This document shows positions 1 through 12,809 of a DNA stretch of 64,000 bases, piece by piece. The translations under genes were made by a program, and so were the position numbers. Source of the stretch: Octopus bimaculoides (taxonomy: Eukaryota); contig NC_068996.1 of assembly GCF_001194135.2 (NCBI RefSeq), positions 7,719,875 to 7,783,874 on the forward strand, written 5' to 3'. Position 1 is the stretch's first letter. Every line of letters begins with the position of its first letter. Under the pieces are notes generated by a model, which did no database searches, had not been told where the DNA came from, and worked only from the letters and a program-made list of their open reading frames with translations.

Positions 1-10
1 ACAGATGCAG

Positions 11-338
11 TCAGTCAGGCAGACAGATACAGACAGGCAGACAGACACACAAACAAACACAGACAGACAGACACAGACAAACAGACAGACTCAGACAGGC
101 AGGCAGAAAGACAGACAGACAGACAGACACAGACAGACAAGCAGACATGGGCAGGCAGACACAGTTAGACAGACAGACACAGACAGGCAGACAGACACAC
201 ACAGACAAGCAGACACAGACAGGCAAACAGACAGACAGACAGACACAGACAGGCAGACAGACAGACAGGCAGACAGACACAGACAGGCAGACAGACAGAC
301 ACAGGCAGGCAGACAGACAGACAGACAGACAGACAGAC
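11..338. repeat. Compound (CAGA)n/(CAGG)/(CA) microsatellite
   Basis: Direct inspection; explains the QTDRQT/VCLSVC pseudo-ORFs. Confidence 0.95.
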
Positions 339-486
339 ATATATCATCAGCACATTTACTGTATTTTCATGTGATTCAATGTGTACAAATTGTCTCTACA
401 ATACAGCAATATGTGGCATATTCATTCTCCAGTGTGGTCAAATCTAAACTAACAAGGATTGATAGATTAATATTTTTTCTCCCTGA

Positions 487-548
487 ACCAATGAGGATAC
501 TTGTCCATGGTCATGTGACCAATGAGGATACTTGTCCATGGTCATGTG
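487..548. repeat. Exact 31-bp tandem duplication
   Basis: accaatgaggatacttgtccatggtcatgtg occurs twice (487-517, 518-548). Confidence 0.95.
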
Positions 549-2713
549 ACCTAGTAAAAAGTAATAGCCAAATCCATTTACAAAAAAAATGGACATATTG
601 CATAACATAATTCTAGAATGAAGGATTGCAGTTGGAATGTCTGAATCATTGATCTGCTTAATTGCTGATCCCCTAGAGTTCAAACAAGAATATAAGTTGT
701 GGCTTTTTCCTTGCTGTTTTTCCCCAACAAAGGCCTTAAAGAATGTAATTGTTACTCTTCTTCCTCTCACTAAGTCCCACTCTCAGCNNNNNNNNNNNNN
801 NNNNNNNNNNNNNNNNNNNNNNNNNNNNNNNNNNNNNNNNNNNNNNNNNNNNNNNNNNNNNNNNNNNNNNNNNNNNNNNNNNNNNNNNNNNNNNNNNNNN
901 NNNNNNNNNNNNNNNNNNNNNNNNNNNNNNNNNNNNNNNNNNNNNNNNNNNNNNNNNNNNNNNNNNNNNNNNNNNNNNNNNNNNNNNNNNNNNNNNNNNN
1001 NNNNNNNNNNNNNNNNNNNNNNNNNNNNNNNNNNNNNNNNNNNNNNNNNNNNNNNNNNNNNNNNNNNNNNNNNNNNNNNNNNNNNNNNNNNNNNNNNNNN
1101 NNNNNNNNNNNNNNNNNNNNNNNNNNNNNNNNNNNNNNNNNNNNNNNNNNNNNNNNNNNNNNNNNNNNNNNNNNNNNNNNNNNNNNNNNNNNNNNNNNNN
1201 NNNNNNNNNNNNNNNNNNNNNNNNNNNNNNNNNNNNNNNNNNNNNNNNNNNNNNNNNNNNNNNNNNNNNNNNNNNNNNNNNNNNNNNNNNNNNNNNNNNN
1301 NNNNNNNNNNNNNNNNNNNNNNNNNNNNNNNNNNNNNNNNNNNNNNNNNNNNNNNNNNNNNNNNNNNNNNNNNNNNNNNNNNNNNNNNNNNNNNNNNNNN
1401 NNNNNNNNNNNNNNNNNNNNNNNNNNNNNNNNNNNNNNNNNNNNNNNTATATATATATAACAAGATGGGCTGAGGTTCACTACAGCTGTTTCAAATGTGT
1501 TCTTTACTGATAAGCAAAAATGTTATGTCATGCAAAAAAAAAAACTGTTTTCTTCAGATGAATTAAGATTAAAATTTAACACTTTGGATTCTTGATATAG
1601 AACATATTGCAAGATAACCCTCCCATCTAAGTTACAGCTGAGATAGTGAACAGTAAATGCTGTTTCAAACTATATATACATGAAAATGAAGGGAAATAGA
1701 CAGGGAGAGAGAATCAGATTCTGAAAATTATACATACATATAAATAAATAAATATATATATATATATATCCAACAAAGGCACTGTGAAGCACATGTAACC
1801 AAAAATCCAGCTCAGTAGTGTAGTATGAAACTAAGCATCAGCTTTAGGATATGCTAGTTTGTAGAATACAAGCCAAATCATAGAAAGAAAACAGGTATGG
1901 TGTTCAATACTTTATAGAAGATGTGTATGAACATATATAAGAACTGTGCTTATGTGCTTTTGTAGTCCATACTTTATAGTTTAATCCTTTAGCATTCAGA
2001 ACTAATCTATTGTTTATTTATTAACATCGTTTTGAATTACTCATACATTATTTTATAGCTTTGAAATTACAATATTTGTTTAATTTTAGAATGACATTGT
2101 AGCACAGGAATGAGAGACCAGATCTGGTTAGTTTGAACATAAAACTGATCAGAGATTTGAGCCAGATATGGTCTATTCAAATGCTTGAGTGTTAAGAGAT
2201 TATAATTCAGAGAAAAAGTACAATTGTTCTATAAAGCATTACGAATACCAAACCTGTTTTCTGTGAATTCTTTATATCAGAGGAATAAGATGTAAGCAAA
2301 AAAAGCACTGCACATGTACAGACATAATATATATCGATGGATGAAGACAACTGTATCAAGAAATGTTGTATCATTAAATGTGCTTGAAGCTTGTGGACAA
2401 GAGGAGACCAGAAAGACATAGGATGAAGCAGTGAAGGCTGTCCTCAAGACCCTGTGCCTCATGGAGGAGATGACAAAAGACCAAGATGTATAAGAGGTTT
2501 TTAAGAAAACCTATCGATCACATTTTGAAACTGACTTCTATAAGCTCTGTGTAAGTATATATTGTGTGTGCGTATGTATGTATGTATGTATGTATGTATA
2601 TACACACACAGAATATATAACAGAGACACTGGAGTATGATGCAGTTCTTGGACACATTATATCCTGTCAAACCATCCAACTCATACTAACATGGACATTA
2701 AATGAAGATGATG

Positions 2714-2795
<82 letters not shown>

Positions 2796-2812
2796 NNNNN
2801 NNNNNGAGAGAA

Positions 2813-2854
<42 letters not shown>

Positions 2855-3742
2855 CGAGAGAGAGAGATGCATATACATATATAGCGTATTTGATTTGATA
2901 AAGACAATTATGCCTGATGAAACCCACAGTTCTGGCTAGTTCTAGTAGACTGAATCAATTAAATTACCATTCATACTTAATTTCCAATATTTGGATACCT
3001 TTCTCTCTGTTTATGACCATTATCATGTGTAGTATGGAGTTTATATATGTGTCTACATGCATGAGTACACATGCATGTAGAGACTCACAAACACACTCGA
3101 AAAGGAAATTGAGGGTGGAGAGCAAAGTGCTGTCCTTGAGTGAATTTATTGAAAGGTAGGTGAAAGTTGTGAATATAGCAAGAGTGGATGGTACCTCTCT
3201 AAGTGTAGACCTGTGAGTCAGAGAAAGAGAATTGGAGAGGGCATCTGCCCTTGGTGTTCAGGGAGATCTAGGACAGTGGGGTTCTTCAGTTACCCCTAGA
3301 AGTCATCCTGTATCATGAGGACTACATCTCTATCATCGCCCCCCCCCCCTTTTTAAACCTTTGTATGCTATGTATATTTCCCTTCCTTTTCACTGTTTAT
3401 CATGTATACTTTTTTATTATTATTATTTATTTATTTTACCATTCCATTATATGTTAACCCCTACACTTTATGGTCATTTTGTGTTGTGTTTCTCATCCTT
3501 CGCCCTGGTTGGAAAATAAATGAAATCATTACTATTACAGATGGCAAATTGGCAGAATCATTAGCACACCAGGCAAAATGCTGAGCAGATTTTCATCCAT
3601 ATTTACGTTTTGAGTTCAAATTCCGCCAGGGTCAACTTTACCTTTCACCCATTTGGGGTTGATAAAATAGGTACCAGTTGAGCACTGGGTGTCAATGTAA
3701 TCGATTTACCTGCTACCTTGAAATTACTGGCATTGAACCAAA

Positions 3743-3790
<48 letters not shown>

Positions 3791-3881
3791 TATTAAGGTG
3801 GCAGTGACCCAGTAGAAGCATTGACACATTGAACAAAACACTTACCAGAATTTCTTCCAGCTTTATAATATATCTAAAAGA

Positions 3882-4130
3882 TATATTTAAGAGATGAGGA
3901 ATTATGTACATGATCTACATTTGACAGATATTTGTCCTCATCTTGTTTGTTAACACAACATTTCGGATGATAAACCCTCCAGCATTCATCAGGTGTCTTG
4001 GGGGAAATTTCGAACCTGGGTTCTCATTCTTAAGGTATTTTTCAATGTTTTTATTATTATTATTCAGGTCACTGCCTGGAATCGAACTCAGAATCTTGAG
4101 GTTAGTAGCCTGTGCTCTTAACCACAGTGA

Positions 4131-4166
<36 letters not shown>

Positions 4167-4310
4167 TAATAATAACATCGAAAAATACCTTAGGAATGCG
4201 AACCCAGGTTTGAAATTTCCCCAAGACACCTGAAGAAGGCTGGAGGGTTTATCAGCCGAAACGTTGTGTTAACAAGATGAAGACAAATATCTATCAAATG
4301 TAAGTAATGT
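3882..4310. mobile_element. Head-to-head inverted pair of a tRNA-headed, hammerhead-carrying SINE-like element (locus 1)
   Basis: 3882-~4125 is the reverse complement of the family (degenerate HHR at 3952-3997, tRNA-like head at 4063-4125). 4125-4310 is a head-truncated + copy with (AAT)n and the intact HHR. Same family as 52003-52508. Confidence 0.8.
4225..4270 (+). ncRNA. Minimal type I hammerhead ribozyme motif (Penelope-type), intact core
   Basis: gacac-CTGAAGA-a-ggctg(gagggtttat)cagcc-GAAA-cg-T-T-gtgtt. Stem I gacac/gtgtt, stem II ggctg/cagcc, palindromic ACGU in place of stem III, predicted cleavage after GUU (4265). Confidence 0.7.
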
Positions 4311-4459
4311 TTATGTTCTAAGCTCAAATTCTGCCAAGATAGGCTTTACCTTTCATCCTTTTGGGACTAAAGGAACAAGAACCAGTCAAATACTGGAGTC
4401 AATGTTAATCCCACCCCTAAAATAGCAAGCCTTGTGCCAAAAATTAGATTTTACACATA

Positions 4460-4745
4460 TATGTATATGTGGGTACAGGACGTCATCAACTGTAAACAAC
4501 ATGAAGTACAAAAACAAATGAGTTAAATACACAAACAACGAGAGAAAAAATAGAAAACAAGACAAGTAACACAAAGAACGACCCTTCATCAGTTGTTGGC
4601 TGTCTATCTACTCATTTCGAGCATTCAACGAATGTTGTTGAACACTTGAAATGAGTTTTCTATTTTTCCTATATATATATATATATATATATTGAAAAAA
4701 AGAGTCGTCAGAATTTTGGAATAACTTCTTTCATTTATTTTATAC
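4460..4745 (-). repeat. Penelope-like interspersed repeat (CTGATGAAGG family); related copies at 5560-5850 (-) and 39745-39905 (+)
   Basis: Shared block tcgaaat(at)gag..tag..(a)gacagcc(a/g)acaaCTGATGAAGG in three places. The PLE assignment is by motif only. Confidence 0.5.
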
Positions 4746-5483
4746 ATATATTAGCNNNNNNNNNNNNNNNNNNNNNNNNNNNNNNNNNNNNNNNNNNNNN
4801 NNNNNNNNNNNNNNNNNNNNNNNNNNNNNNNNNNNNNNNNNNNNNNNNNNNNNNNNNNNNNNNNNNNNNNNNNNNNNNNNNNNNNNNNNNNNNNNNNNNN
4901 NNNNNNNNNNNNNNNNNNNNNNNNNNNNNNNNNNNNNNNNNNNNNNNNCTTTCGTTCGTCTTTCGAACTTGTCAAATATAATTGTGAAAATACAGAGATC
5001 TTGCTTATTTATATAAAACAGGTGTTTTGGGGGGTTTTGTTTATAACAGAACATTGTTTTTTTTTGTTTGTTTTTTTTTTGTTTTTTTGGGGTGAGGCTT
5101 TGGAGACAATGGAAGATGTATAAGCAGATAGATAGATAGACAGGCAGATAGAGACATAGATAGATAGATTGATAGTCAGACAGATAGAGAGATGGATGTG
5201 GTAAAAGAGAGAGAGAAGGGCCATTGTATTGAAATGGTCTTTTTAAAGAGTGTCAAATAAATAAATAAATAAGGGTAAAAACTTGTTTACTACTTACTCT
5301 ATTGTTTTGAGAGGGCTTCTAGGAATGGTAAGAGAAGGAAGAAAAGAAAAAGAAAGGAGAAGAAATATATATATTATTTATATTATTATTATTTAATTGA
5401 ACATCCATTTCCAAGTCAGTATATATATATATAATATATATATGCATATATACATATATATATGTACATACTTACATCTATAC

Positions 5484-5546
<63 letters not shown>

Positions 5547-7399
5547 TATGTGGGCACAGGATATCATGAAACATGTACAACAAAAAAATATGAAGTACGA
5601 GTAGATAGAATATGAACTATTTTTTTGAACAACAAAAGACAGAAATGGAAAACAAGACAAACAACATAAAGAACAACCCTTCATCAGTTGTTGGTTGTTT
5701 TTCTAGTCTCATATTTCGAGCATTTAACAATATATGCATTCAATAAAACAGTTGCTCCTGCAAAGTGAATTAAATAAAATTGGGGATTTTGTGGAGGATC
5801 AAAAATTAGTAACACAAACAGGACAGTGAAAACAAACAAGAAGGGCTGCTAAGCCTAAAAGAAGTTGTGGTGGCAAATGCATAAATCAAGCTTGGACAGG
5901 AGACAGACAAGAACACATCTTCCTTGTTCCAGCTACAACGAAGACAAAGAAACACAAGTTAGGAGAAGAAAGATGGCCAATGGTCACATGGGAGCCATGT
6001 GAGTAAGGGAGGAGGAGTGAGGGAGAGAGAGTGACAGAGTAATAGGATAGAAAAGTGGGAGAAGAGGAGGTAAAAAAATAAGAGAGAGAAAGAGTGAAAA
6101 AAACGAAAGAGTAAAATGATCGTATAGAGTGCGCATCAGAATTATTAAGATAAAACTTACGTGGAAGGGGATGCGTGGCATTCAATCATATAACAATATA
6201 AATATATATACACACACACATATGCATACATACACATAGTTACATATATCAGTGTACCAAATTTCAGTCTATCTGATGTTATACACTGGTCACAATGTGC
6301 TTCCAATTCTTTCTTGATTGTTCTATTCTTTTCCATCTTGTCCCAAATTGCTTAAATTGTCTTCCTATTGTTGTAAAGGCCTTCCAAGCGGCCTTTTTAA
6401 GAAAACTGTTCTCTTATCTTTTGTTTCAATTACTGGACTGTGGTCATGCTGGGGCACCACCCTGAAGGGTTTAGACAACTCCAGTACTTAGTTTTAAGCC
6501 TGGTGCTATTTCTATCCATCTCTTTTGCCAAACTGTTAAGTTACAGTAATGCAAACAAATCAATACCAGTTGTCAAGCAGAGTTGGGAGACAAGGATAAT
6601 ACAAACACACACACACACGGGCTTCTTTCAGTTTCTTATTTCTTTACTGCCCACTAGGGGCTACACACAGAGGGGACAAACAAGGACAGACAACGGGATT
6701 AAGTCGATTATATCAACCCCAGTGCCTAACTGGTACTTATTTAATCGACCCCGAAAAGATGAAAGGCAAAGTCAACCTCGGCGGAATTTGAACTCAGAAC
6801 GTAACGGCAGACAAAATACCGCTAAGCATTTCACCCAGAGTGCTAACGATTCTGCCAGCTCGCCGCCTTTCAGTTTCTGTCTGCCAAATGTTAGTTTTTA
6901 ACTGCTGACACTCGTTGACACTGCATCGAAGAGGCCAGGGGAACAGAAGAAAGAAGACATGCACTCAACACCAGAGCTGAAGACACCTCCAAAAGGGGGG
7001 GGGGGACCTGCCATGTCAAATGGTAGAGGAGTAGGGGCCGAAACTGGACGTGGTTCCTCCTGATGATGTCTTGAGCTCACTGGATCCTATAAAAGAGCTG
7101 TTGTGGTAGCAGACCACGAAACATGGTTGAAATTCCTCCACTCACTTAATCTCAAAGTTTTTAGAAGTAAATACTAACATTTCCTGTTTCTACATCTAAG
7201 TGGGTGACTGTACAGGCTTTTTTGACTTAATTTTATTGTTATTGCCCATTTACTTTCATAATTTTTCGTCGTAACTTTTCCACACTTTTTTTTATTTTGC
7301 TCAAACCAATGCTTCAATTTCAAAAAGGTTTCAAATCCTTGTATGGTAAACTTATGCTTGTCTTATTTCTTTCTATTTTCTCCACTCATTATTTCAGGG

Positions 7400-8330
7400 A
7401 AAGTAATGGAGGAGTTCCTCAGGCACCTCCTCATGGTCTTATCACAAGCATCCATCATTACACTTTCCTGCTGTTTTCTCAACCATGGCCAACTAAGATT
7501 ACAGATATTATCCAACTGTTTTGTTCCTGGGCTACCCCTAGGTCTCCTGCCAGTAATTTTGACTGGAAGAATCTATCTTCTGATTCCTTTTCTGTGACAT
7601 TTTAATCATGTATCTGTGGCACCAGTGCTGTGGGCTCCTCTCAATGCAAAGAGAAGTTCCAGCTTGATCTGGAGATGTCTTGTAATGTTACTCAAGAGAT
7701 CCTTCAGAGGAACTCCATTTTGATCAATTGTATTTGAAATTGTATTTTGTCAGTCATTACCCAGCATTCATGACAATACGTTGAGGATTGACATAAAAAC
7801 CAAATTGATGGCTTTTTCACTCCCCTTCTGAGAATCAAATGCTGGAGCTGACATACTACTGAGCCAATATCTACAATTCTAGCCTCCAGTTCAGCTTCAA
7901 AAGCTTCTCATCACTTGTGAATACAGCCCTGAGATTCTTAGACTTCTCCACTTGTCTCAATTATGTTCCACTAACATGCAGAGTGCAATGGGAAGACTTT
8001 CTTTAGAGATCCAATGTCTCAAACTTCACAACACTAATTCTCATTCCTGTTTTGTAGTGTTTGCCACCAAATTCATTCAGTGGATGCTGGAGATCATCTT
8101 CTGATGAGTCAAATAATACCAGAGCATCTGCAAATATCAGCCAACCGGCCCTGCACCCACTGATTATGATGCCATTTCCACAAAGCCTGCACAACCCAGT
8201 TCATAAAAATTATGAAAAGGAGCGGGGACAATATACACCCCTGCCAAAATCCAATACCTGTGCTGAAAGGCCTCAACTTAGCACCAATTACTTTTCCAAT
8301 ATAAAAATTCCATTCCTATATACTTACCTT
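7400..8330 (-). mobile_element. Decayed RTE-type LINE RT fragment
   Basis: Minus-strand LIFADALVLF (YADD equivalent), DLQHPLNEF and GMRISVVKFETL, with stops and frameshifts. Confidence 0.7.
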
Positions 8331-8754
8331 TATTTTCTCTCATATTTCAAGCCTTGTTATGAAATACTTCCACCATGTTTCTACTTTAAAAGATTATCTC
8401 TCTAGAAAGATGTTCATGCTTCACTCACAGATATCTTACATCCCATCTATTCCTGATTACCATTATAGGTACAGGAGTTGTTATATAGTAAGAAGTTTGC
8501 TTCCCAGCAAACATGGCTCCAGGTTTGGTCCCACTGCATAACACATTGAGTATGTACCTTCTTCTATAGCCCCAAACTGACCAAAGCCTTGTGAGTAGAT
8601 TTGGTAGACAAAAAAGAGAAAGAAGGCAGTCAGGCTTGGCTGTGTGGTTCTAGGTTCAGTCCCACTGCATGGTACCTTGAGCAAGTGTAATATAGCCCCA
8701 GGCTGACTAAAGCCTTGTGAGTAGATATGGTAGACGGAAGCTGAAATAAGCCCA

Positions 8755-8802
<48 letters not shown>

Positions 8803-8834
8803 ATGTGTGTGTGTGTATGCATGTNNNNNNNNNN

Positions 8835-8882
<48 letters not shown>

Positions 8883-10620
8883 ATGTGTGTGTGTGTATGC
8901 ATGTGTGTGTTCCTCACTACCACTTCACAACCGATGTTGGTGCATTTATGTCCATGTAACTTAGCGGTTCAGCAAAAAGGGGCCAATAGAATAAGTACCA
9001 GACTTAAAAGACAAAAAAAGTACTAGGGTTGATTCATTCAAAACCAATTCTTCAAGGTAGTACCCCAGAATGGCTATAGTCTAATAACCGAAACTAGTCA
9101 CACACATAGTAGTTGTAACTGATTGTGACACATGTGAACACTCATTTCCAACATCCTACAAGAACATGTCTGGCCACAAGAAGGAAATATTACCTGGCTT
9201 GGACACAGGTGAGGGCTGGTGACAAGGCATGAATCTGGCCATAGAAAATTTGCTTCAAACTCCATCCATCCTGTGCAAGCACGAAACAGTGGACATTAAA
9301 TGATGATGATAATAACCAAATGTTCAACCATCTGCTCCCAGGTTCAATCCTACTGCACAGCACCTTGATCAAGAGCCTATTACTGTGCCCTCTTTGTAAA
9401 TGTAATATGGTAATTGGAAATTGTGCCAGAATTCATATCATGTGTATACAACAATGTTTCTCAACCTTTTTACCCTTGTGTAACCCTTAAAATAAATTTC
9501 AAGGAACCCCTGCACAAAAAAAAATTATATACTGTATCTTTCTCATAGTTCACATGGTAAATATCACACACATACACACACATGTATGTATGTATGTATG
9601 TATATGGTTGTTATATTTTTTTGATAACATAAGTTAGCTAGGATGATGTCTATATTACAATATTACAATAACCATTAATATGTTGTGCATGTATAGTAAT
9701 GTTACAATCATGAAATTAGCATTAGCTTATCTCACTCTTTCTCACAGGACCCCTAGGAACTTTCTGCAGAACCCTAGGGTTCTGGGGAACTCTGGTTGAG
9801 AAATGCTGGGATACAATATATCTAACAGGTCATGTGGTTAAAAAGCTTGCTTTGCAACCACATGGTTTCAGGTTCAGTCCCACAATACAGCACCTTGGCT
9901 AAGTGTCTTCTACTATAGCTCCAAGACAACCAATGCCTTATGAGTGAACTTGGTAAAAGGAAACTATATAGAAGCCTGTTGTGTGTGTATGTGTGTGTGT
10001 GTGTCCCTACCACCACTTGACAACTTTGGTTGCTTTGTTTACAAGTCTGTAACTTATCAGTTTGGCAAAGGAGACATATAAAAGTACCAGACTTGAAAAA
10101 AAGTAAGTACTGGAAGGCAATTTGTTTGGATAAACCTTTCTAGATGGTGCCCCTGCTGAGTCACAGTCCAATGACTAAAAGAAGATGGAGGATAAAAAAA
10201 AATACTACTTTCATCATTCTCTAACCTTCATCCAAACATGCATCATGCACCTGCAAATTAGGCAGTATATGCCAAACCCTAACCAATTCCCTGAATAGTG
10301 ATCTGTAAAGCATCTTCCAATAGGAATGTGATTTTTCCAATAGCAAGAAACTTCAAATACTAAACATTTCAATAAAACATCATCACACGACAACGGCTCC
10401 CATTATTACTGCAAACGTTAGGCTACACTATCATCAATAAATACTTAACACTGAGCATTTAAACTGGGCAAATCCAGTCCAAATATTCTGTTTTATGTTC
10501 ACACTGGTCAGATCTGGCTTTTCACACCTACCTTACAATGTCGTTCTAAAGATAATTATATCATTGAAAACTCAAAGCTATGAGATAATGTGTAATTAAT
10601 TCAAAACAATGAGAATAAAT

Positions 10621-10785
10621 CATCATCATCATCATCGTCGTTTAACGTCCGCTTTCCATGCTAGCATGGGTTGGACGATTTGACTGAGGACTGGCGAACC
10701 AGATGGCTACACCAGGCTCCAATCTGATTTGGGCAGAGTTTCTACAGCTGGATGCCCTTCCTAATGCCAACCACTCAAAGAGTGT
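10621..10785 (-). mobile_element. Short 3'-end copy of the RTE LINE (family A); others ~13436-13830, 19055-19250, 22700-22900, 41790-42064, 44335-44550
   Basis: (CAT)n-cgtttaacgtccgctttccatgctagcatgggttggacg...ggatgcccttcctaatgccaaccactc, matching the terminus of 28043-29303. Confidence 0.8.
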
Positions 10786-12769
10786 AAGTATTACATTTGA
10801 CAGAGTAATCTGAATGCGAAAAGCTAACATAGATAAGATCACATCACAATAATAACTGATCCTACTCTTCAGGATTAAGAAGTACTTCAGCACCTAGTAA
10901 TTATTAAAATGCTACAAAGCTCAACTGAAGGCCACATGAACCATCCAAAAGATTAACATAAAATCTCTCACAAACATAAGGCTTCTGGCCAATAGGCATG
11001 CATACTATTTAACTTACTGTCTTCTCTGTCAGTACTATAATGGCTTTTGCCCCTCAGATCTGGGTGATTCATGTCACCTCCACTCTGACAATCCTGTCTC
11101 ACTCATCTCTTCTTCTTCTCTTAACTGTACTTGTGGTGACATTCACCTGGGGTGGTTTGAGCCATTCTGACCAATGAGTTCACCACATCCCTCATGAATG
11201 CTGACTACATCCAATGGTGGGCCCTAACATTCCAGCAGGCAAAGCTTCTGCCTGTGCCCCAAAATCCACCTCATAAATCTGAAAAATGCCCACTGGGAAA
11301 GCAAGAGCATCAAATAGCAGGGACACCGTAGCCATCATTCGTTGTTGAGGCGTTTAGTTCATGTCCAGAGTTTCAGCAGGGATACAAGTTCCCAGTCGCA
11401 TTCATACACACCTTGGGATAGTGTTGTCTATAGCAGCTCATCTTGCCAGCGATTGTCGAGCGTTACAAAGGATTCGCTGACCAAGTCATTGCTGATTACC
11501 TGAGTAGATACAGCCTGGGTTTGGAGCAGGTGATACATGTGCTAGTTAACCTGTAGCTGGGACACTAACAGATGCTACTACTCCGAGACAGAGTAGACCT
11601 GAGAACACACCTCAAAACCTAAGAACCCCCATGCAGAAGCCCAAACACTGGATGCAGTTTAAAGCCTTGCTCAAGACATAATTCCCCTATATTTATGGAC
11701 TTTAATACTGAGAAGGAAAAGGGGCTGAAAGTTTGATTTTAGCAAAGTTTAATTTTTGTATCTTTTGCATAATAGTTTGATAATATCAGTTGATATTTAT
11801 TGGTTTATCAAAATGAAAAGACTTGTTTTATATATAAGAATAGTTAATGTGGTATGGTTATTATTTTAGGAATGAATGGTGGTAAAATGCTAAGCGATTT
11901 TTATTGTAGCTAGTCTATCGATATTACATTTGAGTCCAAGTTAATTATAGGAGTATACAGCCAAGCCTACACCAGGCCTTGCACTAATTATTACACTCAA
12001 TCCTTCCTCCACATAACACCAGCCTTCTGGAATTCTCTCCATATTCCTCTAAGTGTTGACTTATGAAGTTTCAGGTGAAATATTAATGGCACTACTCTCA
12101 CCAGTCTCAGTGAGACCATGATTGTCATGGGCACTATCCCTTTAACCAGACACAGCAAATAAAAAAAAGGGGAAAAAAACCCCAAACAAATACAATCACT
12201 GATTATATTTAGGATAAATTGAGATTTTCCTTACAAACAAAACAGAAAAAAATGTTACTGACAATCTTCAGTTGGTCCAAGAAAGTTGATTTACTCAAAG
12301 TTCTTGAGTTTAAGCAACTCAGAAGATAGTTCACAGTGAGCCTCATAAAAATATGAAATTATAGGTGCTTCACCTTGTGAACTGGTTCCAGGTTCAATCC
12401 CACGGCATGGCACCTTGGACATGTGTCTACTTCTATAGCTACAGGATGAACATGCTTTTTGAATGGATTTGGTAGATGGAAAACGTGTGTGTGTGTGTGT
12501 GTGNNNNNNNNNNNNNNNNNNNNNNNNNNNNNNNNNNNNNNNNNNNNNNNNNNNNNNNNNNNNNNNNNNNNNNNNNNNNNNNNNNNNNNNNNNNNNNNNN
12601 NNNNNNNNNNNNNNNNNNNNNNNNNNNNNNNNNNNNNNNNNNNNNNNNNNNNNNNNNNNNNNNNNNNNNNNNNNNNNNNNNNNNNNNNNNNNNNNNNNNN
12701 NNNNNNNNNNNNNNNNNNNNNNNNNNNNNNNNNNNNNNNNNNNNNNNNNNNNNNNNNNNNNNNNNNNNN

Positions 12770-12809
<40 letters not shown>

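Noticed and set aside
5-374. ORFs of 62-201 aa (QTDRQT / VCLSVC repeats)
   Set aside because: Translations of a (CAGA)n compound microsatellite; no splice or homology support.
637-1510. Long ORFs containing X runs (also 12359-12926, 50258-50891, 56347-57700)
   Set aside because: Open only because they cross N gaps.
6898-7090. Apparent terminal exon on the minus strand (cttttatag|GATCCAGTG..., ending FGPYSSTI* or VSTSVSS*)
   Set aside because: No resemblance to PDZD8 C1, coiled-coil or C-terminus; the + strand reads like a decayed RTE 3' end (GQGNRRKKTC...W).
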